A stretch of 64,000 nucleotides of DNA from NCBI GenBank assembly GCA_965237905.1, contig OZ250172.1, positions 2,112,001 to 2,176,000 on the forward strand. The letters are read 5' to 3'. The position numbers and the translations under genes were made by a program. Positions within the stretch are counted from its first letter, which is position 1. Each line of letters opens with the position of its first letter. Below, in pieces: positions 20,305 to 29,787 of the stretch. Below the pieces are notes generated by a model. That model did not search any database. It was given only the letters and a program-made list of their open reading frames with translations, and was not told where the DNA came from. This stretch comes from Nitrospinaceae bacterium. Its GTDB lineage: Bacteria > Nitrospinota > Nitrospinia > Nitrospinales > Nitrospinaceae.

Positions 20305-21192
20305 TCATGAGTCCGATTTTGGGTCATCCGCCGGCCGGCCCCAGTGCAGTTTTCGGCGGAGTGTCTGGTAATAGTTTTTGCCCTTGGCCTGGATCAGGCT
20401 GACCGGTGTCGGCCCCTGTTTGACCTCCAGCACGTCATCGCGGGACATGGGATACCCGGTTTGTCCATCCAAAGTCACCTGCACTTCCTCCTCAGTTTCA
20501 GTGGCGAGCTGCACCTGCAGGGTAGACTGACTGGGAATCACGATAGGCCGGTTGGTCAGCGTAAATGGACAAATGGGACTCAGCACCAGCGCATTCATAC
20601 TGGGGTGGATGATCGGTCCCCCGGCGGAAAGCGAATACGCGGTCGATCCCGTGGGCGTGGCAATGATCAATCCATCGGCGCGGTACGAAGTCATGTATTG
20701 GCTGTTGACGTGTACCTCGAGGTTGACGATGCGAGCGGCGTTTTTGTTGATCACCACGTCGTTCAGGGCGAAATCGTTGTGGACGATTTGTCCGTTCCGT
20801 TTGAGGAACACATTCAACAGCATGCGCTGCTCGATGACGGATTCCCCCTTCAACACCTGTTCGAGGGTGTTGTACATATCGGGCAGGGCCACCTCCGTCA
20901 GGAAGCCCAGGCTTCCCAGGTTGATAGCGAGGATAGGGACGTCGAACGGATGCGTCAGCCTCGCCACACTCAGCAGGGTGCCATCTCCCCCCAGCACGAT
21001 GATCAGGTCAGCTTTGGAAGGGATTTCTTCTTTTTTGAGGCCGGGGGTTTCATCAATGATCCCGGCAGTTTCCTGCGCCATCAGGATGTCGTAATTCCTC
21101 TCCTTCAGCCACGAGGTGAGCTCCAGAAGAACTTTCCGGCTGATGTCGGGTTTTTGTTTACTGAAAATGCCGATCTTTTTGATGGTATCCAC
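20305..21192 (-). CDS. nadK: NAD(+) kinase
   Basis: GGDGTLL, NLGSLGFL, ALND, TPTGSTAYSLSAGGP, LRRKLHW. Confidence 0.96.
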   Translation of the reverse strand: MDTIKKIGIFSKQKPDISRKVLLELTSWLKERNYDILMAQETAGIIDETPGLKKEEIPSKADLIIVLGGDGTLLSVARLTHPFDVPILAINLGSLGFLTEVALPDMYNTLEQVLKGESVIEQRMLLNVFLKRNGQIVHNDFALNDVVINKNAARIVNLEVHVNSQYMTSYRADGLIIATPTGSTAYSLSAGGPIIHPSMNALVLSPICPFTLTNRPIVIPSQSTLQVQLATETEEEVQVTLDGQTGYPMSRDDVLEVKQGPTPVSLIQAKGKNYYQTLRRKLHWGRPADDPKSDS

Positions 21193-21320
21193 GGTCGCAT
21201 CCCGGGTGGTTGCAGGTTCAGTTGTCCTATAGGAATAATAAAGAAAAAGAACGGTGGTGCCAAGGGCAAGTTGAATGCAGGGGGTTTTAAGAGGAGATCA
21301 AATTACGGAGGAGCGGAGGG

Positions 21321-21809
21321 CTAGAGATTACCGAAGTCCTGCGGTTTGATGTTGTCCAGCCATCTTTTCCACTGATCCTTGTCCTCCGTATTGGCCTTGG
21401 AGGTGTCGGGGAGATCCAGGCTTTTGGCCGCCTCGATAACGGTTTCATTGACATAAATCGGGGCTTTGGCGCGCAGGGCCAGGGCAATGGCGTCGCTGGG
21501 TCGGGAATCGATTTTCAGAGTACTCCCGCCGGACATCATGGAAATAACAGCGTAAAAGGTGTTGTCCTTCAGTTCGCTGACCAGAATATGATTGATTTTC
21601 CCTTTCATGTCGGAAATGACGTTTCTCATCAAATCATGGGTCATGGGACGGGGGGTGGCAATTTTCTCGATTTCCAGAGCGATGGCGTTGGCCTCAAAAA
21701 AACCGACCCAGATCGGCAATGCCCGGTTACCTTCCAAATCCTTCAGAATGATAATGGGCATATTGGTCAGGGGGTCCAGCGTTAGACCTTCCACTTTCAT
21801 TTCAACCAT
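21321..21809 (-). CDS. Bifunctional nuclease family (DUF151) protein
   Basis: LPIWVG..EA.AI, RPMTHDL, DSRPSDAIALALR. Confidence 0.92.
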   Translation of the reverse strand: MVEMKVEGLTLDPLTNMPIIILKDLEGNRALPIWVGFFEANAIALEIEKIATPRPMTHDLMRNVISDMKGKINHILVSELKDNTFYAVISMMSGGSTLKIDSRPSDAIALALRAKAPIYVNETVIEAAKSLDLPDTSKANTEDKDQWKRWLDNIKPQDFGNL

Positions 21810-21975
21810 GAATCGTTCCTTTGCCAGATTTAGGAATTTTGGGGTGACCCGGACCCAGAATCATACGGGAAACCTGTTGGGTTTTCTATAGTTAAGCAAT
21901 AAATAAAATGTTTGTCAATGTCGCAATTCAAAGCCTTTTTGAGGGAATTCATGGAGGTTTTTAGCGGGTCCGATT

Positions 21976-22215
21976 TCAACGGCTTTGGATGTGGTTTTTT
22001 ACGAAGTCCCGAAGCTTTATCTGTACCGGTTCGGGGATTTCAACGGGGGTGAGGGTTTTTCTGCAAAGGTCCGAGGTTTGGCGGTAAGTTTCCAGAAAGG
22101 AGACGCAGGGAGGGCAGTCTTTAAAGTGATCTTCCAGAGAGGCTGCTATGTCCGGATTCAAGGTTCCTTCAAAATAATCACACAACAGATCTATACATTC
22201 TTTGCAACAAATCAT
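21976..22215 (-). CDS. Small soluble zinc-finger (zf-HC2) anti-sigma factor
   Basis: HFKDCPPC (HxxxCxxC); 4-bp overlap with the ECF sigma gene. Confidence 0.88.
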   Translation of the reverse strand: MICCKECIDLLCDYFEGTLNPDIAASLEDHFKDCPPCVSFLETYRQTSDLCRKTLTPVEIPEPVQIKLRDFVKNHIQSR

Positions 22216-22832
22216 TTCTTTGAGCTCCGGGTTTGATATTCATCAAAATAGTTGGACAGCTTTTTCCGGAGAAAAAGACGTGCCCGATGCAATCGGGATT
22301 TGACCGCGGGAATGGTCAAATCCAGAATATCCCCCACTTTTTCTGTTGATAATCCCTCAACATCTCTCAACATAAAAACGACCTTTTCTTTCTCCGGGAG
22401 CAGTTCAACGGCTTTTTCAATCACTCCCTTGGTCTCGTTTGAAAACAGCAACGAATCTGTACTTTTCGACCAATCGGAAACTTTTTCGTTTTGGAATCCG
22501 GCATGGTTGAAATTGGGCAAGCTTTCGTCCAATGATACGTACTGCTCCTTTTTCTTATTCCTCAGCTTCATGTAGGTCGCGTTCAGAGTGATGCGATACA
22601 CCCAGCTGGAGAAAGCCGACTTCCCCTGAAACGTGTCGATTTTTCGATAAATCGTCAGAAGCACTTCCTGGGTCACATCTTGCGTATCCATCTGGTTGCG
22701 CGTCATGTTGAACGACAGGGCATAAATTTTCCGCTGGTAGAGTTCGAAAATTTTGTCGAACGCTTCCATGTGCCCGGCCTTCATATCCCGGACGAGCATC
22801 TCATCCTGCGCTTTTTCTTCCTGAGTCGGCAT
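22212..22832 (-). CDS. ECF RNA polymerase sigma factor
   Basis: DVTQEV, FSSWVYRITLN, VKSRLHRAR. Confidence 0.93.
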   Translation of the reverse strand: MPTQEEKAQDEMLVRDMKAGHMEAFDKIFELYQRKIYALSFNMTRNQMDTQDVTQEVLLTIYRKIDTFQGKSAFSSWVYRITLNATYMKLRNKKKEQYVSLDESLPNFNHAGFQNEKVSDWSKSTDSLLFSNETKGVIEKAVELLPEKEKVVFMLRDVEGLSTEKVGDILDLTIPAVKSRLHRARLFLRKKLSNYFDEYQTRSSKK

Positions 22833-22919
22833 TGGTGCGTCAGATCCCTTTGAATGGTGTTCTGCGTCCAGTGCCTGGCCGACCCGCTGAAATAATTAGG
22901 GTTTAAAATCGATCAGTTT

Positions 22920-22947
22920 TTAGATGCTCTGGAAGCAGAAACGGTTC
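22920..22947 (-). promoter_or_regulatory. Possible ECF-type (auto)promoter
   Basis: Minus strand GAACCG-N17-TCTAA, similar to the RpoE-type GAACTT-N16-TCTRA consensus, about 90 bp upstream of the sigma gene. Confidence 0.4.
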
Positions 22948-23256
22948 TGATTTTCAGAATTTTCAAGCCTCGGAAGCCTTGAACAATATTATGGGAAAAC
23001 CATTATGAATTCTAGCATCCCAACCGGGAGAGTACAAATGGGGCGCTCTCAAGGGTAAGTTGAGATTCAGAATTAATGCTTTAAATATAATAAGTTATGG
23101 AAATAGCCTTTGCGTGGGGATGAGTTGTACGATGCCCATGGAATGTTGAGTCCCGGTTTTCTGCACCCGGTGGCTCCCTCGGAAAACGGCTGAAAGGTTT
23201 GTGCTATAATTCCGACTCTTTTGTGATGGAACGTTGGCAACCTTAATAACTAATAA

Positions 23257-24033
23257 ATGATGATCAAGTCTTGTTGGGCCTTTATTTTGGTTTTGGCGCT
23301 GATTCCGCTGGATTCGGAAAGGGCATTCGCCCAACTTTTTTCTTCCGAAATCAAGGGCAGTACGGGGTCATGGACTCTGTCCCCTGCCGATGAAATTCAG
23401 GTGGCACAGGCATTGCCGGAATCAGGGGATCCGGTGGCTGAACACAGTACTTCATTTCCCAATTTTGAAAGCCGCTTTGCCAAGAAACAATATGAATTTG
23501 GTTTCAGTCTGGGGTACGGGTTTACCGTCAACATTCCTCCTGTCGATGCCGCTTCCGACGAGCGGACGCGGATTCGATTCGCTCACTTTTCCCCCAACTT
23601 CAAATACAATCTGACCGGGCTTGTAGGGAAATCCGTCTACCGGGGCGCCTTGTATTGGGTGATCGAGGTCCAATTGGCGGCTACCGTAGAAGATCCCACG
23701 AGAAATGGCCGGGTGGCGGATGACGCTCCCAATTTTCTGTTTGGTCTGGTGCCTGCGCAATTGGAATACAAATTCCTCAATCCCAACCGATCCTGGGCGC
23801 CTTTTCTGTTTGCCGGGATCGGAGGGTCCTGGGGTGAATGGTTTCAGGAAACCAGGGAAATCTCCACCGCGTTCGAATTTACTTTGCAGGGAGGCGCAGG
23901 GATCGAATATTTCTTTGACAACGGAACCTCCCTGAATTTCAATTACCGCCTCTGGCACTTGTCCAACTCCAACGTCAAGAGTCCTAACATCGGCCTCAAC
24001 GCCCACGTGTTCAGCCTGGGTTTCAGTTTTTAG
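23257..24033 (+). CDS. PagL-like acyloxyacyl hydrolase / lipid A 3-O-deacylase outer-membrane beta-barrel
   Basis: Signal peptide; C-terminal YRLWHLSN...PNIGLN motif; terminal Phe. Confidence 0.8.
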   Translation: MMIKSCWAFILVLALIPLDSERAFAQLFSSEIKGSTGSWTLSPADEIQVAQALPESGDPVAEHSTSFPNFESRFAKKQYEFGFSLGYGFTVNIPPVDAASDERTRIRFAHFSPNFKYNLTGLVGKSVYRGALYWVIEVQLAATVEDPTRNGRVADDAPNFLFGLVPAQLEYKFLNPNRSWAPFLFAGIGGSWGEWFQETREISTAFEFTLQGGAGIEYFFDNGTSLNFNYRLWHLSNSNVKSPNIGLNAHVFSLGFSF

Positions 24034-24156
24034 TTTGCGCGGTATCTGCGATCGCAGGCAAAAATTTTCTGCCTCCTTCATCCGACCTGTTATACTGTTT
24101 TTTACAATGCTTTCCATAAAACTCCATTCGGGCGTTTGATTATTTTTCGTACTTTT

Positions 24157-26901
24157 ATGAGCTCAACTGTTCCACCAAAAAAGCCAACCCCATCTTCCAA
24201 ACCCGGCCCACTGGACAGGGTATTTAACGCCTTTGAGACCCTGGCGTATTACCATCCGTGGTGGGTCCTATCGGTTTCCCTGATTCTGGCGGCTCTCAGT
24301 TTATGGTTTACGGCCACGCACCTCCAGTTCAACACTCTCCGGGAGGATCTGATCTCCAGGGACATAAAGTTCGATGTGGTGTACCAGCAATACCGGGAGC
24401 GCTTCAAGGATTTTGACGGCATGATTGTCGTCGTCGAAGGTGAACAACCCGACGCCATGAAACAATTTGCCGATCAATTGGTGGAGCGGTTACAAAGCCA
24501 GTCTGAGATATCTTCCGAGATTTATTACAAAGTCGATACGGGTTATTTCAATGATAAGTCCCTGTTGTTCCTGGAGCCGGACGCCCTGGAGCAGTTGGAA
24601 GACAAGCTGAGATCACACCAGGACTTTCTGGAGCAGGTGAATGCCTCCCCCGGACTCAACACGCTTCTCACAAGTCTCAACCGCGAAATCAGCGCCGGGG
24701 TGGTCGATACTCTGCTCACCGATTTGCTCGGCACGGAGGATGAGGAAGAAGAGAAGGGCGGTGCCGCAGACCTCGGTTTGCTGATCTCCCTGCTTGGGCA
24801 AATGACCCGGCATGTGGAGGGCGATACCGGGTACCGCTCGCCTTGGGGGACCTTCCTGGCGGAACAGAACCATCCCTTGCGGGAAGAGGGGTATCTGGTG
24901 TCCGATGACGAGAGCTTGCTGTTCATTCTGCTTAATCCGCAGGAGACCGAAGGCGACTTCGCCGGGTCCAAAAATGCGATCGAGGGCATTCGGGCGATCG
25001 TCAGAGACCTGGCGCCTGGTTTTCCTAAAGTCAAAGTGGGGATGACAGGGGGCGAAGTGATCTCGTCGGATGAAATGTTCACCACCCATTCCGATGTTAA
25101 AAACGCCTCGAAGTATGCCCTGACCGGCGTGGCCCTGCTGTTCATTATTTTTTACCGGCGCGTCACCGAACCGCTTCTCGCGGTGTTCACTTTGCTGGTT
25201 TCCATTGCCTGGGCGATGGGGTACACGACCCTGGCCGTCGGCCATCTCAATATCATTTCCGTTGTATTCACCACCATCCTGATCGGACTGGGCATCGATT
25301 TTGGAATCCACATTCTTTGCCGTTACCGGGAGGAGCGGCGCATGGGAAACGAGGCCTACCTGGCCATGCGCAACACCCTGCAACAAACCGGGCGCGGCAA
25401 TCTGGCCGGGGCCGTTACCACCGCCATCGCGTTCGGGGCCATGGTGTTTACCGACTTTGTGGGAATCGTCGAGCTGGGGATTATCGCCGCCGGAGGCATC
25501 GTGCTGTGTCTGCTCGGCATGGTGCTGTTGCTACCCGCCTTGATCAGCATAGAGGAACGCTGGCGGAAACCGGTGTACACTCTGCCGGAACGGGTTGAAA
25601 AACGTGACGCATTGTTCGAGAAAATGTACTCGCATTATTACCTCATCATCTTCGTGTCGCTGGGTCTCCTGATTGGTTGCGGTTACGTTTCCAAGGATTT
25701 GTATTTCGACTACAACCTGCTCAACATGCAGGCCAAGGGGACCGAGGCGGTGCAGTATGAAATGAAGATTATCGAAAATGCCAAGCGTGCTTCCTGGAAC
25801 GCCGCTCTGGTGGCGGACAATATTGAGGACGCGAAGGCAAAGTACCGGGTTCTCAAAGACATGCCCTCCGTTGGTAAAGTGGAAAGCCTGTTGACGGCGA
25901 TACCGGAAAACCAGGAAGCTCGCATCCGGAAAGTGACAACGCTCGCTCCTCTCATCGATCCTTTCCAAGTGGAACCGGAAGACGAGCCGTTTTCCCTGCG
26001 GGCCATCCAGGCCACGATGAAAAAAGTCCGGTTCAAGCTTCGTAAAAAGGAAAAGGAGGGCACGCAGGATGATGTGTATGAAGCTTCCCGCCAGGCGAGG
26101 CAGTTGGATGAAGCTCTTCAGAACACCGATCCCGAAACCGCCGCGACTCGCTTGAAGGAATTTTCGCGAACCCTGTTTGCCGATTACCGGAAAAAGATCG
26201 CCGACCTCAAACGTTCCGTCCATCCCACTCCCGTCAAAGTGGAAGAACTGCCGCAGGACCTGAGAGACCGGTTCGTCAGCACCGACGGCAAGTATCTGCT
26301 GTTGGTGTATCCCCGCATCAACATCTGGGAACGGGAGGAGATGGAAAAGTTCCTGTACGAAATGCGGCGGATCGATCCCAATGTCACCGGCAGCGCGGTC
26401 CATATGTTTGAGTCGACCCGCTTGATGATCGACGGTTACATTCAAGCCGGTTTTTACGCGTTAGCGGCTATTGCCCTGTACCTGATACTGACGCTCCGCA
26501 ATGTCATGACGACCGCGCTGGTCCTGCTTCCCACACTGGCGGGCGCTATTTTGACGCTGGGGCTCATGCGCCTGACCGACGTCCAGTTCAACCTCGCCAA
26601 TCTGGTGATTCTACCCCTGATCATTGGCATCGGAGTGGTCGATGGTGTGCACATCCTGCATCGGTATCGTGAAGAGCCGGAGTGTGGGAAGAACGTCATA
26701 TCGAAAAGTACCGGCCAGGCGGTGATTCTGACTTCGTTGACCACCATGATCGGATTCGGAAGCCTGATGGTGGCGGACCATCAAGGAGTGTACAGCGTCG
26801 GCCTGGTTCTCGCTCTGGGGGTGGGCAGTTGTATGATCACCTCCATCACCCTGCTTCCCGCACTCATGAAACTCTGTTCGGCAAGAGGTTGGAAGATATA
26901 A
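24157..26901 (+). CDS. MMPL/RND transporter, HpnN-like (hopanoid-associated)
   Basis: About 914 aa with two TM blocks; GHLNIIS, GLGIDFGIH, FDYNLLNMQ, NLANLVILPLIIGIGVVDGVH. Confidence 0.82.
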   Translation: MSSTVPPKKPTPSSKPGPLDRVFNAFETLAYYHPWWVLSVSLILAALSLWFTATHLQFNTLREDLISRDIKFDVVYQQYRERFKDFDGMIVVVEGEQPDAMKQFADQLVERLQSQSEISSEIYYKVDTGYFNDKSLLFLEPDALEQLEDKLRSHQDFLEQVNASPGLNTLLTSLNREISAGVVDTLLTDLLGTEDEEEEKGGAADLGLLISLLGQMTRHVEGDTGYRSPWGTFLAEQNHPLREEGYLVSDDESLLFILLNPQETEGDFAGSKNAIEGIRAIVRDLAPGFPKVKVGMTGGEVISSDEMFTTHSDVKNASKYALTGVALLFIIFYRRVTEPLLAVFTLLVSIAWAMGYTTLAVGHLNIISVVFTTILIGLGIDFGIHILCRYREERRMGNEAYLAMRNTLQQTGRGNLAGAVTTAIAFGAMVFTDFVGIVELGIIAAGGIVLCLLGMVLLLPALISIEERWRKPVYTLPERVEKRDALFEKMYSHYYLIIFVSLGLLIGCGYVSKDLYFDYNLLNMQAKGTEAVQYEMKIIENAKRASWNAALVADNIEDAKAKYRVLKDMPSVGKVESLLTAIPENQEARIRKVTTLAPLIDPFQVEPEDEPFSLRAIQATMKKVRFKLRKKEKEGTQDDVYEASRQARQLDEALQNTDPETAATRLKEFSRTLFADYRKKIADLKRSVHPTPVKVEELPQDLRDRFVSTDGKYLLLVYPRINIWEREEMEKFLYEMRRIDPNVTGSAVHMFESTRLMIDGYIQAGFYALAAIALYLILTLRNVMTTALVLLPTLAGAILTLGLMRLTDVQFNLANLVILPLIIGIGVVDGVHILHRYREEPECGKNVISKSTGQAVILTSLTTMIGFGSLMVADHQGVYSVGLVLALGVGSCMITSITLLPALMKLCSARGWKI

Positions 26902-26916
26902 CCGGCGTAGCGCCGG
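26901..26916. repeat. Short hairpin repeat ACCGGCG(T/A)AGCGCCGG
   Basis: One mismatch to the reverse complement of 3679-3694. Confidence 0.55.
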
Positions 26917-27020
26917 GGCAAATTTTGCTGGGGCGTTAGTGAGTGATGGTAACTTTAACCTCGCATTCCATAGCTTTTAAAAAATACCTGCGGAGGTACT
27001 CCGCCTCCTCGCTAGAGGAG

Positions 27021-29078
27021 TTATCGTGGGCTGGCGGCGATGTTGCCGCCGTCGACGGTGAACACGCTTCCGGTGGTTTTCTCGGATACCGCCAGGTGTA
27101 GAAATGCCTTCGCCACGTCGATGTCCAGCACTTCCCGCCCCAACAGGTTCTGCCGAAAATATTCTTCCGGTTCCAGGCCGCGCGCTTTGGAACGTTCGGC
27201 GATGAAGCTGTCGGTGAACATGCTGGTACGGATGCGGTCGGCGTTGATGGCGTTGGAGCGAATACCTTCCTTGCCGTAGTCCAGCGCGTATTGTTTGGTG
27301 AGCGCGATCACGGCCGCTTTCGGCAGGGCATAAGGACCGAAACCCTTGCCGGGATTGAAGGCGGCTTTCGATGCGTTGAACAGGAGGATGCCGCCGGTTT
27401 TCTGTTTCAGGAAAATATGAACCGCCTGCGCCGCGACTGTCTGGTGCGCGAAAAAATTGAGATCGAAACTGCCCCGCAGGGTTGCGCTGTCGACGTCTCC
27501 GATACGGCCTTGCAAGGCATTGCCCGCGTTGGAGATGAGAATGTCCACCCCGCCGTAGGTTTGTACGGCGTCGTCGAACGAGGCCGCCACTGCGTCTTCA
27601 TCCGTTAAATCCACCGCCCGCCAGGTGACGCCTGCCTTGCTCTCTTTTTGTAAAGCGGTACCGGCTTCCTCCAGGGCTTCGCCGTTCAGGTCCACCAGAA
27701 CCACATTGGCGCCTTGTTGCGCGAACAGGTGCGCCGTGGCGCGGCCGATGCCCGATGCCGCTCCAGTAATGTACGCGACCTGACCCTGCAGGAGCGGCGG
27801 CTGGGCTTTCCCCATTTTGGCCTGCTCCAGTGACCAGTATTCCATATCGAACAGATCGGCGTCGCTCAGCGGCTGGTAGGTGCCGATGTCGAACGCGCTT
27901 TGAATGATTTCGATGGTGTGTTCGTAGAGGTCGGCGGCAATTTTTGTTTCCTTCACGGTTTTGCCCATCGTCACCAGCCCCAGACCCGCCACCAGAATGA
28001 CGCGCGGCAGAGGGTCCAGCTCTTTCAGGTCGACGTCCTTCTTCGCCTGGTTGGTGACGAAGTATTTGTGATAGGCCTTCTCGTAGCGTGCCAACGCTTC
28101 CTCCAGTTCGGAGCGCAGGCGTTCCGGGTCGTCCAGATGTTTCGGGTTCAGCAGGAGGGGTTTCTGTTTGGTGCGGATGACGTGGTCGGGCGTAGCGGTG
28201 CCGATCTGCGACCATTTTTTGCACTCTTTGCTGGAGGCGAACTCGCGCGCCGGCCCGCTTTTGCGGTGGTGCACTACCCATGAGCTACCGGATTGCTCCC
28301 GGTACAGGCCGCGCAGGACCGGGGCGAGGGCTTTTAAAATTTCAGGGTCGTTGGTTGACCCGGAATCGTTGGCAGGGGTCAGCGGCTGGCGCGGTTGATT
28401 CTGGATAAAGGTTTCCGCCTGGGTGACCGCTTTGATGTGGGCGTTATAACTCTCTTGCGCCGTTTCGCCGAAGGTGAACAGGCCGTGGTTGATCAATACC
28501 AGTCCCACAACCTGCGGGTTTTCCTCGTACGCTTCCGCCGCGGCTTTGGCCAGATCGAATCCCGGCATGATGTACGGCACCACGCCCAGCTCGTCGCCGT
28601 AGATTTCCTTGCAGATTTTTTCGGCGTTGGGCTGGTTGGCGATCACCAGAATGACATCGGCATGCGAATGGTCGACGAACTTGTGCGGCAGAAAAGCGTG
28701 CAGCAATGTTTCCACCGAAGGATTGGGCGATGACGCGTCCAACAGGTGCGTGCGCTGGTCGTTGACCATGGCTTCGTCGGACAGCGAGGGAAGGGTTCGC
28801 AACTGCTTCAGGTAATCGAGTTGGACCCCCGGCAGGCCGGGCGGCTCCAGCGTGTCCAGGTCCCAGCCACTGCCCTTGACGTACAGGACTTCGACTTCCT
28901 CGCCCAGCCGGTTTTTGGTGCGCGATTTCACCGAGGTGTTGCCGCCGCCGTGCAGAACTAGTGCCGACTCGACCCCGATCAGACGGGAAGTGTAGACCCG
29001 GAGGGCCACATCCTCTGAAACATCGGAATAATACTTGATGGCTTTGTTGGCTTCCTTGTCGTCCCAGCGATTCTCCAT
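27021..29078 (-). CDS. Bifunctional class II aldolase / short-chain dehydrogenase (RhaD-SDR/YuxG-like)
   Basis: GGGNTSVK, PSVETLLH, HSHAD, TPDHVIRTK, DMEYWSLEQAK; SDR motifs TGAASGIG, NAG, YALPK. Confidence 0.92.
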   Translation of the reverse strand: MENRWDDKEANKAIKYYSDVSEDVALRVYTSRLIGVESALVLHGGGNTSVKSRTKNRLGEEVEVLYVKGSGWDLDTLEPPGLPGVQLDYLKQLRTLPSLSDEAMVNDQRTHLLDASSPNPSVETLLHAFLPHKFVDHSHADVILVIANQPNAEKICKEIYGDELGVVPYIMPGFDLAKAAAEAYEENPQVVGLVLINHGLFTFGETAQESYNAHIKAVTQAETFIQNQPRQPLTPANDSGSTNDPEILKALAPVLRGLYREQSGSSWVVHHRKSGPAREFASSKECKKWSQIGTATPDHVIRTKQKPLLLNPKHLDDPERLRSELEEALARYEKAYHKYFVTNQAKKDVDLKELDPLPRVILVAGLGLVTMGKTVKETKIAADLYEHTIEIIQSAFDIGTYQPLSDADLFDMEYWSLEQAKMGKAQPPLLQGQVAYITGAASGIGRATAHLFAQQGANVVLVDLNGEALEEAGTALQKESKAGVTWRAVDLTDEDAVAASFDDAVQTYGGVDILISNAGNALQGRIGDVDSATLRGSFDLNFFAHQTVAAQAVHIFLKQKTGGILLFNASKAAFNPGKGFGPYALPKAAVIALTKQYALDYGKEGIRSNAINADRIRTSMFTDSFIAERSKARGLEPEEYFRQNLLGREVLDIDVAKAFLHLAVSEKTTGSVFTVDGGNIAASPR

Positions 29079-29125
29079 TTAATGAAAATAACAAATCCAC
29101 GCAGGAGAATAAAGAAGATTAAATG

Positions 29126-29307
29126 CTCCCCCTTGTAAAGGGGCTGGGGGGATTTGGTACCACAGAGGGCACAGAGCCCACAGAGAAAACCTTAAGCAGA
29201 CAGGATAACGGGATGAACAGGATTCCAAACATCTCCTCTCCCCTCATGGGGAGAGGATTAAGATGAGGGGTGGAGTCCATGTTTTGTAGTTGCTCGATTC
29301 ATCGAGC
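29126..29307 (+). repeat. Composite intergenic repeat, modules D-A-B-C plus a GTAG-type hairpin
   Basis: CTCCCCCTTGTAAAGGGGCTGGGGGGATTT / ACCACAGAGGGCACAGAGCCCACAGAG / ACAGGATAACGGGATGAACAGGATT / CTCCTCTCCCCTCATGGGGAGAGGATTAAGATGAGGGGTGGAGT / GTAGTTGCTCGATTCATCGAGC. Confidence 0.85.
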
Positions 29308-29484
29308 GTTATTGAAACCTTCTATGAATGGGCCGCTTATATTAAAGAGAGTCACTCTTCGGTGGAAAACCTGTTGTCAGCCCCGCTTTCGGGCATTAAC
29401 CTGATAGGGTAGAGAGTTGATAATCAGGGCACGGCTCCGGTCTGATGGGGTGCTTCTATTGAATAATCTTTATAGGAGAAAATC

Positions 29485-29703
29485 ATGCGGAAATTAATTT
29501 CCATCATTTTCATTTTGGCACTGAGCGGTTTGGCAGGCTGTACGACAGGAGCTGAACGAGCCGCTGAAGCGGATGCTGATTTTAAAGAGGAACGGTTGAA
29601 AATTTTGAAGAAGTACCAGGACTGTGTCGATGAACACCAGGGCGATACAAAAAAGCTTCAATCCTGTGAGCATTATTTGAAAGCCATTGATGCAATGAAG
29701 TGA
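29485..29703 (+). CDS. Small lipoprotein (72 aa)
   Basis: AGGAG RBS; lipobox LAGC; two further Cys residues. Confidence 0.8.
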   Translation: MRKLISIIFILALSGLAGCTTGAERAAEADADFKEERLKILKKYQDCVDEHQGDTKKLQSCEHYLKAIDAMK

Positions 29704-29787
29704 AACGGCCATTCTTGCCTGAATTGACAATACCTGATCGGGAGTTATACTTTAAGTATTCAACCCGGATCATGAGGAAGCGAACGG

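Noticed and set aside
26990..27020. Two small hairpins between convergent genes as intrinsic terminators
   Set aside because: Stems are short and lack a directly adjacent U-tract; not enough support.
29390..29460. Possible c-di-GMP-I riboswitch upstream of the small lipoprotein
   Set aside because: Only a loose resemblance (CCTGAT/ATCAGG stem, CTCCGGTCT); the conserved GGCAAA, GAAA-loop and GACGCAAA elements are missing. An Infernal/Rfam search would settle it.
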